Positions 40,438 through 51,900 of a DNA stretch of 64,000 nt are shown here, piece after piece (within the stretch, counting starts at the first letter, position 1; each line of letters begins with the position of its first letter). Made by a program: the position numbers and the translations under genes. A model generated the notes under the pieces. That model was given only the letters and a program-made list of their open reading frames with translations. It was not told the origin of the DNA and did no database searches. The DNA comes from Camelus ferus (lineage: Eukaryota): the NCBI RefSeq assembly GCF_009834535.1, contig NC_045697.1:87174001-87238000 (forward strand). Reading direction: 5' to 3'.

Positions 40438-40632
40438 TTTGAAAAAATAAGTTTTATCATGAACATAGGAGTACTTCATGCTCTATTCGTCATTATCTTG
40501 CTAAGTATTGTCTTACAATTGAAAAAGATTATTTGCCCAGTAGTTTGAATGTGTGTTATGAAACGTTGAACTGCTACCACAGCTGTGTATTACTGAGAAT
40601 ATCCTTTTCAGTGAGGTCTTGGGCAGCCGTTT
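40438..40632 (-). pseudogene. Fossil exon, 195 bp, phase 0-0
   Basis: cattttcactttag|AAA...AAA|gtatac; KRLPKTSLKRIFSVIHSCGSSSTFHNTHSNYWANNLFQL*... with 3 stops. Confidence 0.55.
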
Positions 40633-40684
40633 CTAAAGTGAAAATGTGCAATGAAAAGTTATCATTAAAAATAGCCAATTATGT

Positions 40685-40871
40685 GTAGAATAGATAAACA
40701 AGATTATACTGTATAGCTCAGGGAAATATACACAAGATCTTATGGTAGCTCACAGAGAAAAATTGTGACAATGAATATATACATATTCATGTATAACTGA
40801 AAAATTGTGCTCTACACTGGAATTTGACACAACATTGTAAAATGATTATAAATCAATAAAAAATGTTAAAA
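40685..40871 (+). mobile_element. Very short young L1 3'-end insertion
   Basis: L1 3'UTR end with aataaa and poly-A. 18-bp TSD aaaaatagccaattatgt (40667-40684) / aaaaatagccagttatgt (40872-40889). Confidence 0.92.
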
Positions 40872-40954
40872 AAAAATAGCCAGTTATGTTGGGTCTTTGG
40901 TTAGATTGAAATTCCCAGGGGTAACTGTGTAAGTTAAAGCATTGCATTGATAAG

Positions 40955-41858
40955 TTTTTTTTAAACATTTTTTATTGATTTATAATCATTTTACAATGTT
41001 GTGTCAAATTCCAGTGTAGAGCACAATTTTTCAGTTATACATGAACATACACATATTCATTGTCACATTTTTTTCTCTGTGAACTACCATAAGATCTTGT
41101 GTATATTTCCCTGTGCTATACAGTATAATCTTGTTTATCTGTTCTACAATTTTGAAATCCCGTCTATCTCTTCCTACCCTCCGCCCCCTTGGCAACCACA
41201 AGTTTGTATTCTATGTCTATGAATCTGTTTCTGTTTTGTATTTATGTTTTGTTTGGTTTTTTTTTTTTTTTTTTTTTTTTTTTGATTCCACATATGAGCG
41301 ATCTCGTATGGTATTTTTCTTTCTCTTTCTGGCTTACTTCACTTAGAATGACACTCTCCAGGAACATCCATGTTGCTGTAAATGGTGTTATGTTGTCAGC
41401 TTTTATGGCTGAATAGTATTCCATTGTATAAATATACCACATCTTCTTTATCCAGTCATCTGTTGATGGACATTTATGCTGTTTCCATGTCTTGGCTATT
41501 GTAAATAGTGCTGCTATGAACATTGGGGTGCAGGTGTCATTTTGAGGTAGGGTTCCTTCTGGATATATGCCCAGGAGCGGGATTCCTGGGTCATATGGTA
41601 AGTCTGTTCCTAGTCTTTTGAGGAATCTCCATACTGTTTTCCACAGTGACTGCACCAAACTGCATTCCCACCAGCAGTGTAGGAAGGTTCCCTTTTCTCC
41701 ACAGCCTCTCCAGCATTTGTCATTTGTGGACTTTTGAATGATGGCCATTGTGACTGGTGTGAGGTGATACCTCATTGTAGTTTTGATTTGCATTTCTCTG
41801 ATAATTAGTGATATTGAGCATTTTTTCATGTGTCTATTGATCATTTGTATGTCTTCCT
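40955..41858 (-). mobile_element. Young 5'-truncated L1
   Basis: ORF 41242-41844 is an open L1 ORF2 C-terminus ([26 protein letters not shown]...[16 protein letters not shown]). Poly-T tail at 40955. Confidence 0.97.
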
Positions 41859-42151
41859 TATATACAAAACAGAAACAGACTCATAGACATAGAATACAAA
41901 CTTGTGGTTGCCAAGGGGGCAGGGGGTGGGAAGGGATAGACTGGGATTTCAAAATATAGAATAGATAAACAAGATTATACTGTATAACACAGGGAAATAT
42001 ATACAAGATCTTATGGTAGCTCACAGAGAAAAAATGTGACAATGAATATATATATGTTCGTGTATAATTGAAAAATTGGGCTCTAGATTGGAATTTGACA
42101 CAACATTGTAAAATGATTATAAATCAATAAAAAATGTTAAAAAAAAAAAAA
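41859..42151 (+). mobile_element. Young L1 3'UTR fragment joined head-to-head to the preceding L1
   Basis: tacaaaacagaaacagactcatagac...aataaaaaatgttaaaaaaaa; reverse complement of 40955-41245. Confidence 0.93.
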
Positions 42152-42171
42152 GGAGATTATGCCAAACTTAC

Positions 42172-42458
42172 TAGTGGGTTCTCTGTTATTGGAAATTTAC
42201 TCTAATTTTGGTGGCAAGGCATAAGCATATGAGAAGTGGTTAAATGTGTCTCTGAAGTTTACAACATTAGTTCAGAATGCAAGAAGACATATCATAAGAT
42301 GTCAAATGATTTTACAGATCAACTTAAAACCAAAAGCAGGACTACTGTTTTGATTCTTGGTGGTCTCATGGTGAGACTACTAACAAATCAGCATTATCCG
42401 TTTCATGCAGCAGAAGTGCTATACTGAGAAAGTATTTAAAATGTACTGTGGGGAGCAC
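42172..42458 (-). pseudogene. Fossil exon
   Basis: Acceptor ccattttgattcacag|GTG and donor CTA|gtaagt. Internal stops and frameshifts make the frame ambiguous. Confidence 0.55.
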
Positions 42459-42502
42459 CTGTGAATCAAAATGGCAAGTAAATGACTAATTTTCCCCCAA
42501 GT

Positions 42503-42717
42503 CAGTGGTTCTCAAACCAGGATGATTTTGCTCTCCAGGGGACATTTGATGGTATAAAGAAGTATCCTTGGTTGTGGACTGGAGAGAGATATTTCTAGTA
42601 TCTACTCGGTAGGGCCGGGGATGGTGCTAAACATCCTAAGATGCACAGGACAGCTCCCCTCAACAAAAATTTTATGGACCCAAATGTTGGTGTAGCTAAG
42701 ATTTGAGAAACCCTGCT
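42503..42717. mobile_element. MER20-like hAT MITE
   Basis: cagtggttctcaaacc...ccaggggacatttg...ggtgctaaacatcctaagatgcacaggacagc...ttgagaaaccctg with terminal inverted repeats. Confidence 0.8.
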
Positions 42718-42837
42718 CTATGGTACAGTGTCACCACTCTTCTAAATTTCCTCTGCCTTTTATAGGAAATTTTATTCATCTGTGATTTTCTGTTTCTATG
42801 TTGTTTCTTTATCATCTGCTCAGAGTTGTAAGTTTAC

Positions 42838-44088
42838 CACAAGTGAAACCTGGATCATACACGAGAGACCAAACCATGCCATAACCCAGTTTCTCATAAG
42901 TGGTTTCCTAGAACAGCCTCTTTTTCACTCTGCTTGAACCATTCAGATACCTTTTCTTTAGGCTTTTCCAGCCTATACTAACCCCAGAAATTTCCATTAA
43001 CTCCCAACTTTCACCAGTCATATTCAGATTAGGTTTTTTAACCACAAGGTAGAAGCTTTCACTGTGCACATAAATATTAAGATGAACTCTCCAGGATGGC
43101 CATACCCTGAACAAGCTTCCTGCCACTGTTTGTTTCCCTTCAGTTTCCCACTCTCTTTGACCACTGCTTCAGCCTTCATTCCTGATCTCTGCCTTCCCCT
43201 TGCCTACACTGACCTATTGCCTGAATTGCTTCTACTAGTTTCATCTGAGTTAATTTTTTTTAAATAGAGTATAGTTGACAATGTTGTGTTAGTTTCTGGT
43301 GTACAGCATGATTGTTTTACAAGAATATATATATATTCTTTTTCATATTCTTTTCCATTATAGATTATTGCAAACTATTGAATATAGTTCCCTGTGCTAT
43401 ACAGTAGGACCTTGTTGTTTATCTATTTTGTTTATAATAGTTTGTATCTGTGAATCACAAACTCCTAATTTATCCCCCCACCTTTGGTAACTATAAATTT
43501 GTTTTCTTTGTCTATGAGTCTGTTTCTGTTTTGTAAATAAGTTCATTTGTCTCATTTTTTTAGATCCTCTGTGTAAGTGATAGCATATGATATTTTTCTC
43601 CATCTGACTTCAATTAGTATGATTATCTCTAGGTCTGTCCATGTTACTGCAAATGGCATTATTTCATTCTTTTTTATGGCTGAGTAGTATTTCATTGTAT
43701 AAATATACCACAACTTCTTTATCCAGTCATCTGTCTGTGAATATTTGGGTTGTTTCCATGTCATGGCTATTGTAAATAGTGCTGCTGTGAACATTGATGT
43801 TATGTATCTTTTTAATTGGAGTTTTCTCTGGATATATGCCCAGGAGTGGGATTATTGGACCATATGGTAACTCTATTTCTAAATTTTTTGTAGGAATATC
43901 CATATTGTTTTCCATACTGGCTGCACCAAATTACTTTACCACCAACAGTGTTAAAAGGGTTCCCTTCTCTCACCCTTTCCAGCATTTATCACTTGTGGAC
44001 TTTTCAATGATGGCCATTCTGACCAATGTGGGATAATACCTTATTGTAGTTTTGATTTGCATTTCTGACGAGTTAATTTTAATCTTAT
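42838..44088 (-). pseudogene. Fossil exon interrupted by an L1 insertion
   Basis: Acceptor aaacag| at 44088 and donor TG|gtaaac at 42838. With the L1 and one TSD removed it reads KIKINSDETSRSNSGNRSV*ARGRQRSGMKAEAVVKESGKLKGNKQWQEACSGYGHPGEF..., and later ...KKRLF*ETTYEKLGYGMVWSLVYDPGFTC. Confidence 0.5.
43258..44069 (-). mobile_element. 5'-truncated L1
   Basis: ORF2 C-terminal peptides (MFTAALFTIAMTWKQPK..DDWIKKLWYIYT). TSD gagttaatttt at 43247-43257 and 44070-44080; TT/AAAA target on the minus strand. Confidence 0.95.
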
Positions 44089-44213
44089 CTGTTTGCTAAG
44101 ATCAGTTGATTATTGGAAATACCCTCTTCCTACATAATAGTCCCAGGATATTATAACAATACTGTAATCTCTTTTTTTTTTTTTCAAAAATGCACATTGG
44201 TTTAAATGTTTAC

Positions 44214-45038
44214 AAGACGAGGAAGAAAAGTTCCTGATGTTGCTATATGCACCAACATAACAGTTGAAGTGGTGGCTGCATATCTCTGCTTCAGTGATAG
44301 CACTTTTGGCATTATACCAGCATCCAAATGAATTCCGGAAAAATATGTGTCACATTTTTGTTTCATCAGTTTTCCATCTCAGCACTAATGATCGAGGCAA
44401 AAAATAAAGCAGTGTGCTTTCTGTATCTAACCTCATCTGATTTCCTAGTCATGGCCAGATTTCACAGAGATGAATAGAGGACTTTGAAGTATCACTTTTC
44501 TAGTTAGATATCCATCTTTCCTGTGTATGTTTAATAGAGCCAGCAGAATGAGAAAGGGTCTGAAGGATACCTCTATCTCTTCTCTTCCTTCTGCAGTGAA
44601 AGGACTTCCTCTCATAGATTAGTGGACAGGGGTTAATAATAGAAGTATTCACAAGAATAAAAGAAGAATTGACTATGCATGAAGGAAAACAGATGCTCCT
44701 GGAGGTGGGTTTCTCAGATACAGTCATCACTTCTATACTGTATAGTAGTATTGGGGATATTTTGTTGTTCATATTTTTTTTTACAATATATTCTGTTTCA
44801 TTGTGTGTATTGTAGATTGTTAATAAGCCAATTTATAGGTGAACACTGCCTCATATTTCAAGATCTGTGCTTACAGCTAGGCTTCCCCCCTTTCACTTTG
44901 ATGATACAGAGGGGCTCCAGCTATTTGCTACCTGAAAATCGTCTGAAATAGTGCAGAGATTTAAAAAACTGCTCCCATGTAAAACTTTGCAAAGATGTCA
45001 CTTTCTGCCCATACTCTAATAAATGCCCTCATCTTGCT
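44214..45038 (-). pseudogene. Large fossil exon (about 825 bp)
   Basis: ctgcttcctacag|AGC ... CTT|gtaaac. One frame, which includes ORF 44500-44772, carries about 6 stops over about 240 codons. Confidence 0.55.
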
Positions 45039-45251
45039 CTGTAGGAAGCAGTTCATGTAATGCTAACTTCTGATAGATTTGTATCAATTACATGCAGTTT
45101 GACAGAAAAATTCAGAAAAAGTAAAGAATTGGGGCATTGTTTGTATTCGTTTAGTGGTTTTAAAAGTGGAATTACTATTTAATTCATACAAGTGATTCCA
45201 TACACAGAAGAAATGTAAGCCCTGTCTTTAGATATTTCTGTCAAGTATTAC

Positions 45252-45518
45252 CAGTTTCACAATGTGTCACTTCTGTGAGAAAAAAATGTCTTAACCGATT
45301 AGTTTGGGTAAAGGAACTGAGAATGCCCACCTCAACTCATTCTGGGCTCTGTTTTTTCCTTTTGGAAATTCTTGGAGGCAGAGCTTCCAAGGTGCCTACT
45401 CTACTGTGCTGTAAACTGACACAAAAGGTTTTGCCCCTGAGGGGGAGCCTGCAGTCAGTGCATCGAATTCAGAGGTGAAGTGTTAGGAAGCCATGTGAAT
45501 GTACCATTCAGCTACATT
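45252..45518 (-). pseudogene. Fossil exon
   Basis: Donor CTG|gtaata; weak acceptor. NVAEWYIHMAS*HFTSEFDALTAGSPSGAKPFVSVYSTVE*APWKLCLQEFPKGKNRAQNELRWAFSVPLPKLIG*. Confidence 0.5.
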
Positions 45519-46039
45519 CTCCAGTAAGAAAATACATATATTGATCTCCATATCTCTTACTCCTCTGGGTTCTTATTCTCTCATACCTACCTCCCTCACT
45601 GTCCTCTTCCAGTCCCCTGCTGTATCCAGATAGGGGAAATAGGATTATTTTGTGACCTCTACCCCCAACTCTAAAAACTTTAAGAGTATCTTTTGCCATT
45701 TTTCCTATCACTTTGTAGATCTTCACAGATTCTGATTACTAATCCTTTGTCAATTATATGTAACTCAGATATCCTCTCCCAGTCTTATTGCTTATCTTTA
45801 CCCTTTATGTTTTATGTGGTCTTTTATTGTAGAGGAGTTCAATCAAGTTTATCTGTCTTTTCCTTCTTGTGTTCTTCATGTCTTCTTAAAGAAATCCTTC
45901 TGTTCACCCAAAATCATATTTTCTATTCAATTCTTTCAAGTTTTACCATTTATATTTGGATCCTTAATCAGTCTCAAGTTTTTGATGTAATATTCAGTGC
46001 TGCAGTGTAAACAGTTGTGCATCACCTCTTACAGATATA

Positions 46040-46215
46040 TGTTGTCCAATACAGAGGCTACTAGCTATTTAAATTTAGATTGATTAAAATTAAAGAAAAT
46101 TTCAAATTCAGTTCTTTAATCTCACACTTCACCACATTTCAAGTGCTTGATACTCCCTTGTGGTCGATGACAATGCTGTTGGACAGTGCACATACAGAAC
46201 ATCATCACTGCAGTA
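46040..46215. mobile_element. MER3/MER33-like hAT MITE
   Basis: gttgtccaatacag...ttaaaattaaagaaaatttcaaattcagttc...cacatttcaagtgct...ttggacagtgca. Confidence 0.7.
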
Positions 46216-46926
46216 AGTGGTCTTTGCTCTTCCCTGGAATCTTTACTACAACTCTCTTCTTAGTGAGCTTTGATTCCAGTTCTCGCCTCCTGACCCATAA
46301 GCATGTTGAAAGGGCAGCTAGCTTCTTAGCTCTCAATAGCTTCTTCCAGGAATGAGATCTGCTTCCAAATGAAAAGCTATTCTAAATATAGGACTTGTGT
46401 CTATACTCCTCCTTCTCCTAGATCTTGGCTTCATTATTACTTGTTAGTTCTCTGATTTCTTCAAATAGATGTTTTTCTCCAGTTTTTCTAGTTATTCTGA
46501 GCAGGAGTGTTTGTTCAAATTACCTAGATCTCCATTATTTAAAATGCAGCTACCCAGCATTCAAGCTTGCATTCCTTAACTGAAATACTGTTTATTTATA
46601 TAAAGGTTCAGTTGTTTTTATTCTTAATTTTCAGCTCACTCTATTTGAATTAAATATATTTTATTTTAAAATCAATATATTTTTCTTCCTAAATCCAAAT
46701 CTAGTTTCCTATTCTACTTTTGATTAGTCCTGTCGAGTAAATAAACCAGTCCATTTAAAGATATGCCATATTCAATATTAACTTTAAACATAAACATAAA
46801 TTATAGTAGAATACTTGCTTAACATTTCTAAAGTACCCATGTGAATAAATAAGAAATGTCTATGCTTTATCTGAAAAAGTACATTGTTCATTTATTTTTA
46901 TATGTTTTGTTTGCTCACTGATTAAC

Positions 46927-47114
46927 TTTAATTCTTCTGAGGATACCAGTAAACTCCATGTGAATACAAGTCATCTTAGAAATCCAGAGTTTTACTAGAA
47001 ACACGATTTTGTGGGGGAGAACTATAAACTTTGCAGATTAACACAGCAAGAACAACTCAACGTGACACACTGAAACCAAACTGCCTGATGCTGATCTCAA
47101 TAAGGCGATGGTTC
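46927..47114 (-). pseudogene. Fossil exon
   Basis: tacctgtag|G AAC CAT; NHRLIEISIRQFGFSVSR*VVLAVLICKVYSSPPQNRVSSKTLDF*DDLYSHGVYWYPQKN. Confidence 0.55.
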
Positions 47115-47410
47115 CTACAGGTACACATTAATATACTTAGTAACATTAAGCAGTGCTACCAACTGTAAAATAAGTACTCCAAGCTTCAGTGCCTTTGAAA
47201 GCATCTAGGAAATTACAGCATCTTTAAGGTTTCTGTTTTTTAAACACTCCTTAAAGTTACAAGATTTTTATATATTTACTCATATGAAATGTTGGCCTTT
47301 AATACAACATGCAGAGAATATGACTGAAGATAACTGTTATTGATTAGTCCTAATAAATTTTTAGTTGTTTGATGTTTTAATGATAAATAACAAGCTTCAC
47401 TTTAATGCAC

Positions 47411-47540
47411 CATGGACAAGAGAAAAGCATAATCTTCATTTAATGGCCAATTAATAAATGATTTAACATTTTAAAGCACTTAATAAGGATGAAAACCACA
47501 GCAAAGGTGTTTGCCGGTATGTGGTTACCAGAGAAGTTCA
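47411..47540 (-). pseudogene. Fossil exon, 130 bp, phase 1-2
   Basis: ctctgcttttactctgacctag|TG ... TG|gtgcat; phase matches both neighbouring exons; one stop in that frame. Confidence 0.5.
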
Positions 47541-47722
47541 CTAGGTCAGAGTAAAAGCAGAGATTAATCTTAACATCTAATATGCAGTGCACCTTTGTTT
47601 CTTAATCAAAATGCAAACAAGGACGTAAAATACAGAATTGTATTTTCATCAGAATTTAAACCAGACTTGACATCTTTAAAACATGCCTCAAAATTTAGAA
47701 GTATAGAAGTGTCATCACTTAC

Positions 47723-47761
47723 AAGAAAAACTAACACATGCATAGTCCATCTCAATCATTC
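47723..47761 (-). pseudogene. Fossil micro-exon, 39 bp, phase 1-1
   Basis: gtctgttttcag|GA ... CTT|gtaagt; open frame MIEMDYACVSFS. Confidence 0.6.
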
Positions 47762-48036
47762 CTGAAAACAGACCACACACAAACTTAAAATTTTAAACTT
47801 AAAAAGCTTAAAAAGCTAAGAGGGCTTTAAAATGTAAAGGGAGAAAAAGGAGACTTGACGGCATCAGAACTAATGTCCTCTTAGGTACTGAAAGGAAAGG
47901 TGTAGTGTAATAGGGCAAGTATTCTTCCATCAGCCTCTCACTTTACTTTCCACTTTTTTAGGGTGAGAAAGTAATTAATTCTCTGTACTTTATTGAATCA
48001 TAAGGCTTTATTAATCAACAACTTGAAATAACTTAC

Positions 48037-48251
48037 ATAAAATGTCTTTTTATTGGGACTTCAGCCTTAGAGGGACAAACTAATCATCAAATTTCCTTTT
48101 ATAAGGTAATTTACAGGGTTGTACAGTTTCCATGTTAATATGTAACTCATAGGCTGCTTTATTTTATGTTTTTCCATGTTTTATAAGTGGCTCTTGGAAA
48201 TTTTAAAGAATTTATGTAATTCAGTATTTGTTCTTGGGTGGCTCTGGGGAC
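48037..48251 (-). pseudogene. Fossil exon, 215 bp
   Basis: Strong acceptor ttccctctgttttctcctgtcctcag|G and donor TAT|gtaagt; ...ELHINMETVQPCKLPYKRKFDD*FVPLRLKSQ*KDIL. Confidence 0.65.
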
Positions 48252-48979
48252 CTGAGGACAGGAGAAAACAGAGGGAATTATTTGCTTTCTTGCGGTAAGA
48301 AACATTAGTATTAGCAGGGAAAAAGCAAGTTCAGATATAAGGGCTAGAGAAGAACTCATGCAAACCTCAATGGTACTTTTTACAGCAATTTTTCTTAGGG
48401 ATACATGAAGACTGAGCCATTTTTTAAAATATATTTTCTAAGAAAAAGCAAATTTGTCTTTATGAGCTATTAAAATAGAGATTTGAAAATTTTTAAAAAT
48501 TGTGAAGAAAATGTATCAGTATTTTTGCTGCATATCAATTAACAAATTCATTTATTTAGATTTTTGAATAATGTTTAAATTTGTAAATGGTTAGTTCAAA
48601 ATTGATGATCAGTGTATGACTTTAAACATGAGATTTCCTAGTTTTGTGGTGATGACAAAATCAAACAGTTCATAGGCCCATAGGCAAGACTGGTACTCAT
48701 TAGCTGTAGTAGGAGTAGTAATAAAAATAATGATTTCTTATAATTAGAATAATACTCCTTACTTAATTACTATCTGTTCACCAATTTTCTTTTAAGATGG
48801 CCCCATAACATTGTTAATCCTAAATAATAAATAGAGAAAATAAGGCAAAAACCAGTCAAGTAACTTTAAGTCTTCATCATTTTTACATTCATTCCTTCAT
48901 TAGTTTATTCATTCCCCTTCTAGTTTCTAAAAGGATATTAAGCTAATAATAGCTTAATGACAGGCATCATATGGTGGCT

Positions 48980-51900
48980 TTTTTTTTCAATTTTTTAATA
49001 ATTATTGAAGTATAGTCGGTTTACAATGTTGTCTGGTGTACAACATGTTTTAGTCATACATATACATACCTATATTTGTTTTCATATTCTTTTTTATTAT
49101 GGATTGCTACAAGATATTGAATATAGTTTCCTGCGCTATACAGTAGAAACTTTTTAATTTTACATATAGTAGTTAGTATCTGCAAATTTCAAACTCCCAT
49201 TTTATCCTTTACCACCCTCTTTACCCCCTTGTAACCATAAGTTTGTTCTCTGTGTCTGTGAGTCTGTTTCTGTTTTGTAAATAAGTTCATTGTGTCTTTT
49301 TTTTTTTAGATTCCACATATAAGTGATACCATATTGGTATTATTCTTTCTCTTTCTGGCTAACTTCGCTTAGAATGACGGTCTTCAGGTCCATCCATGTT
49401 GCTGCAGATTGCATTATTTTATTTTTTTTTAATAGCTGAGTAGTGTTCCATTGTATATATATATACCACATCTTCTTTATCCAATAGTCTGTCAGTGGAC
49501 ATTTGACTTGTTTCCTTGTCTTGGCTATTGTAATCAGTGCTGCTGTGAACATTGCAGTGTATGTGTGTTTTTGAATTATAGTTTTCTCTGGATATATGCC
49601 CAGGAGTGGGATTGCTGAATCATATGGTAGTTCTATTTCTAGTTTTTTAAGGAACGTTTATACTGTCCTCCATATTGGCTGCACCAATTTACAGTCCTAC
49701 CAACAGTGTAGGAGGGCTCCTTTTTCTCCACACCCTCTCCAGCATTTATTATTTATAGACTTCTTTATGTTTGCCATTTTGACTGGTGTGAGGTGATACC
49801 TCATTGTAGTTTTGACTTGCATTTCTCTAATAATTAGTGATACTGAGCATCTTTTCATGTGCCTGTTGGCCATCTGGATGTCTTCTTTGGAGAGATGTCT
49901 ATTTAGGTCTTCTGCCCGTTTTTTGATTTGGTTGTTTGTCTTTTTGATATTCAGCTGTATGAGCTATTTGTATAGTTTGGAGATTAGTCCCTTGTCAGTC
50001 ACATCATTTGCAAATATTTTCTCCCATTCTGTAGGTTGTTTTTTCATTTTGTTGATGGTATCCTTAGCTGTGCAAAAGCTTTTAAGTTTAAATAGGTCCC
50101 ATTTGTTTATTTTTTGTTTTATTTCCATTACTCTAGGAGCTGGTTTGAAAAAAAAATATTGCTGCACTTTATGTCAAAGAGTGTTCTGCCTATGTTCTCC
50201 TGTAGGAGTTTATAGTATTTGGTCTTACATTTAGGACTTTAGTCCATTTTGAGTTTATTTTTGTTTATAGCATTAGAGAATGTTCTAATTTTATTCTTTA
50301 CAGGTAGCTGTCCAGTTTTCCTAGCACCACTTATTAAAGAAACTGTCTTTTCTCCATTGTATATTCTTGCTTCCTTTGTCATAGATTAATTGACCATAAG
50401 TGCATGGATTTATTTCTGGACTTTCTGTCCTGTTCCATTGATCTGTGTGTCTGTTTTGATTACTGTAACTTTGTAGTATTGTCTGAAATCAGGGAGTGTG
50501 ATTCCCCCAGCTCTGTTGTTTTTCCTCAAGGTTAATTTTGGTTTTTTGGTGTCTTTTGTGTTTCCATACAAATTTTAATATTTTTTGTTCCAGCTCTGTG
50601 AAAAATGTCATTGGTAATTTGATAAGGATTGCATTGAATCTGTCTATTGCCTTGAATAGAATGGCCATTTAAATAATATTGATTCTTCCATTCCAGAACA
50701 TGGTATATCTTTCCATCTATTTGTGTCATATTCAGTTTCTTTTATCAATATCATATAGTTTTTGGAGTACAGATCTTTTTTTTTGTTGTTTGTTTCTGTT
50801 TCTGTTTCTGTTTAATTTATTTCTGCTCTGATCTTTATGATTTCTTTTCTTCTACTAACTTTGGATTTTGTTTGTTCTTCTCTCTCTAGTTGCTTTAGAT
50901 GTAAGGTTAGGTTGTTTATCTGAGATTTTTCTTGTTTCCTGAGGTAAGCCTGTATCTCTATAAACATCCCTGTTAGAACTGCTTTTGCTGCATCTTACAG
51001 GTTTTGGATCATGATATTTTAGTTTTCATTTGTCTCTAGGTATTTTTTTTTATTTTCTCTTTGATTTCTTCAGTGATCCATTGGTTGTTTAGTAGCATGT
51101 TGTTTAGCCTCCATGTGTTTGTGTATTTTATGGTTTTTTTCTTGTAGTTGATTTCTAATCTCAGAGTGTATGGTCAGAAAAGATGCTCGTTATAATTTCA
51201 GTTTTCTTAAATTTACTGAGGCTTGCTTTGTGGGTCAGCATGTGATTGATTCTGGAGAATATTCTGCGCACACTTGAGAAGAATGTATTCTGCTGCTTTT
51301 GGATGGAATGCTCTATAAATATCAATTAAGCCCATCTGGTCTAATATGTCATTTAAGGCCTGTATTTTCTTATTGATATTCTGTCTGGATGATCTATCCA
51401 TTGCTGTAAATGAGGTTTTAAGGTTCCCCACTATTATTATGTTATTGTCGATTTCTCCTTTTATGTCTCTTAACAGGTGTCTTATATATTGAGGTTCTCC
51501 TATCTTGGGTGCATATATATTTACAATTGTTATATCTTCTTCTGGGATTGATCCCTTGAACATTATGTAGTGTCCTGCTTCATCTCTTGTAACAGTCTTT
51601 ATTTTAAAATTTATTTTGTCTGATGTAAGTATTGCCATTCCAGCTTTCTTTTGGTTTCCATTTGCATGGTATATCTTTTTCCATCCCCTCACTTTCAGCC
51701 TACATGTGTCTGTAGCTCTAAAATATGTCTCTTGTAGACACCATATGTATGGGTCTTGTTTTTGTATCCATTCAGTCAGCCTTTTGGTTAGAACATTTAA
51801 TCTATTTACATTTAAGGTAATTACCAACATGTATGTTCTTATTGCTAGTCTGTTCATTGTTTTGGACTGGTTTTTGTAGGTCTTTTTATCTCTTTTTTAA

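Noticed and set aside
41242..41844. 200-aa ORF with poly-Lys tail
   Set aside because: L1 ORF2 C-terminus reading into an A-run
49812..50234. 140-aa hydrophobic ORF
   Set aside because: Antisense reading of L1 ORF2
51213..51857. 214-aa ORF, the longest in the window
   Set aside because: L1 ORF2 endonuclease fragment, frameshifted; not a host gene
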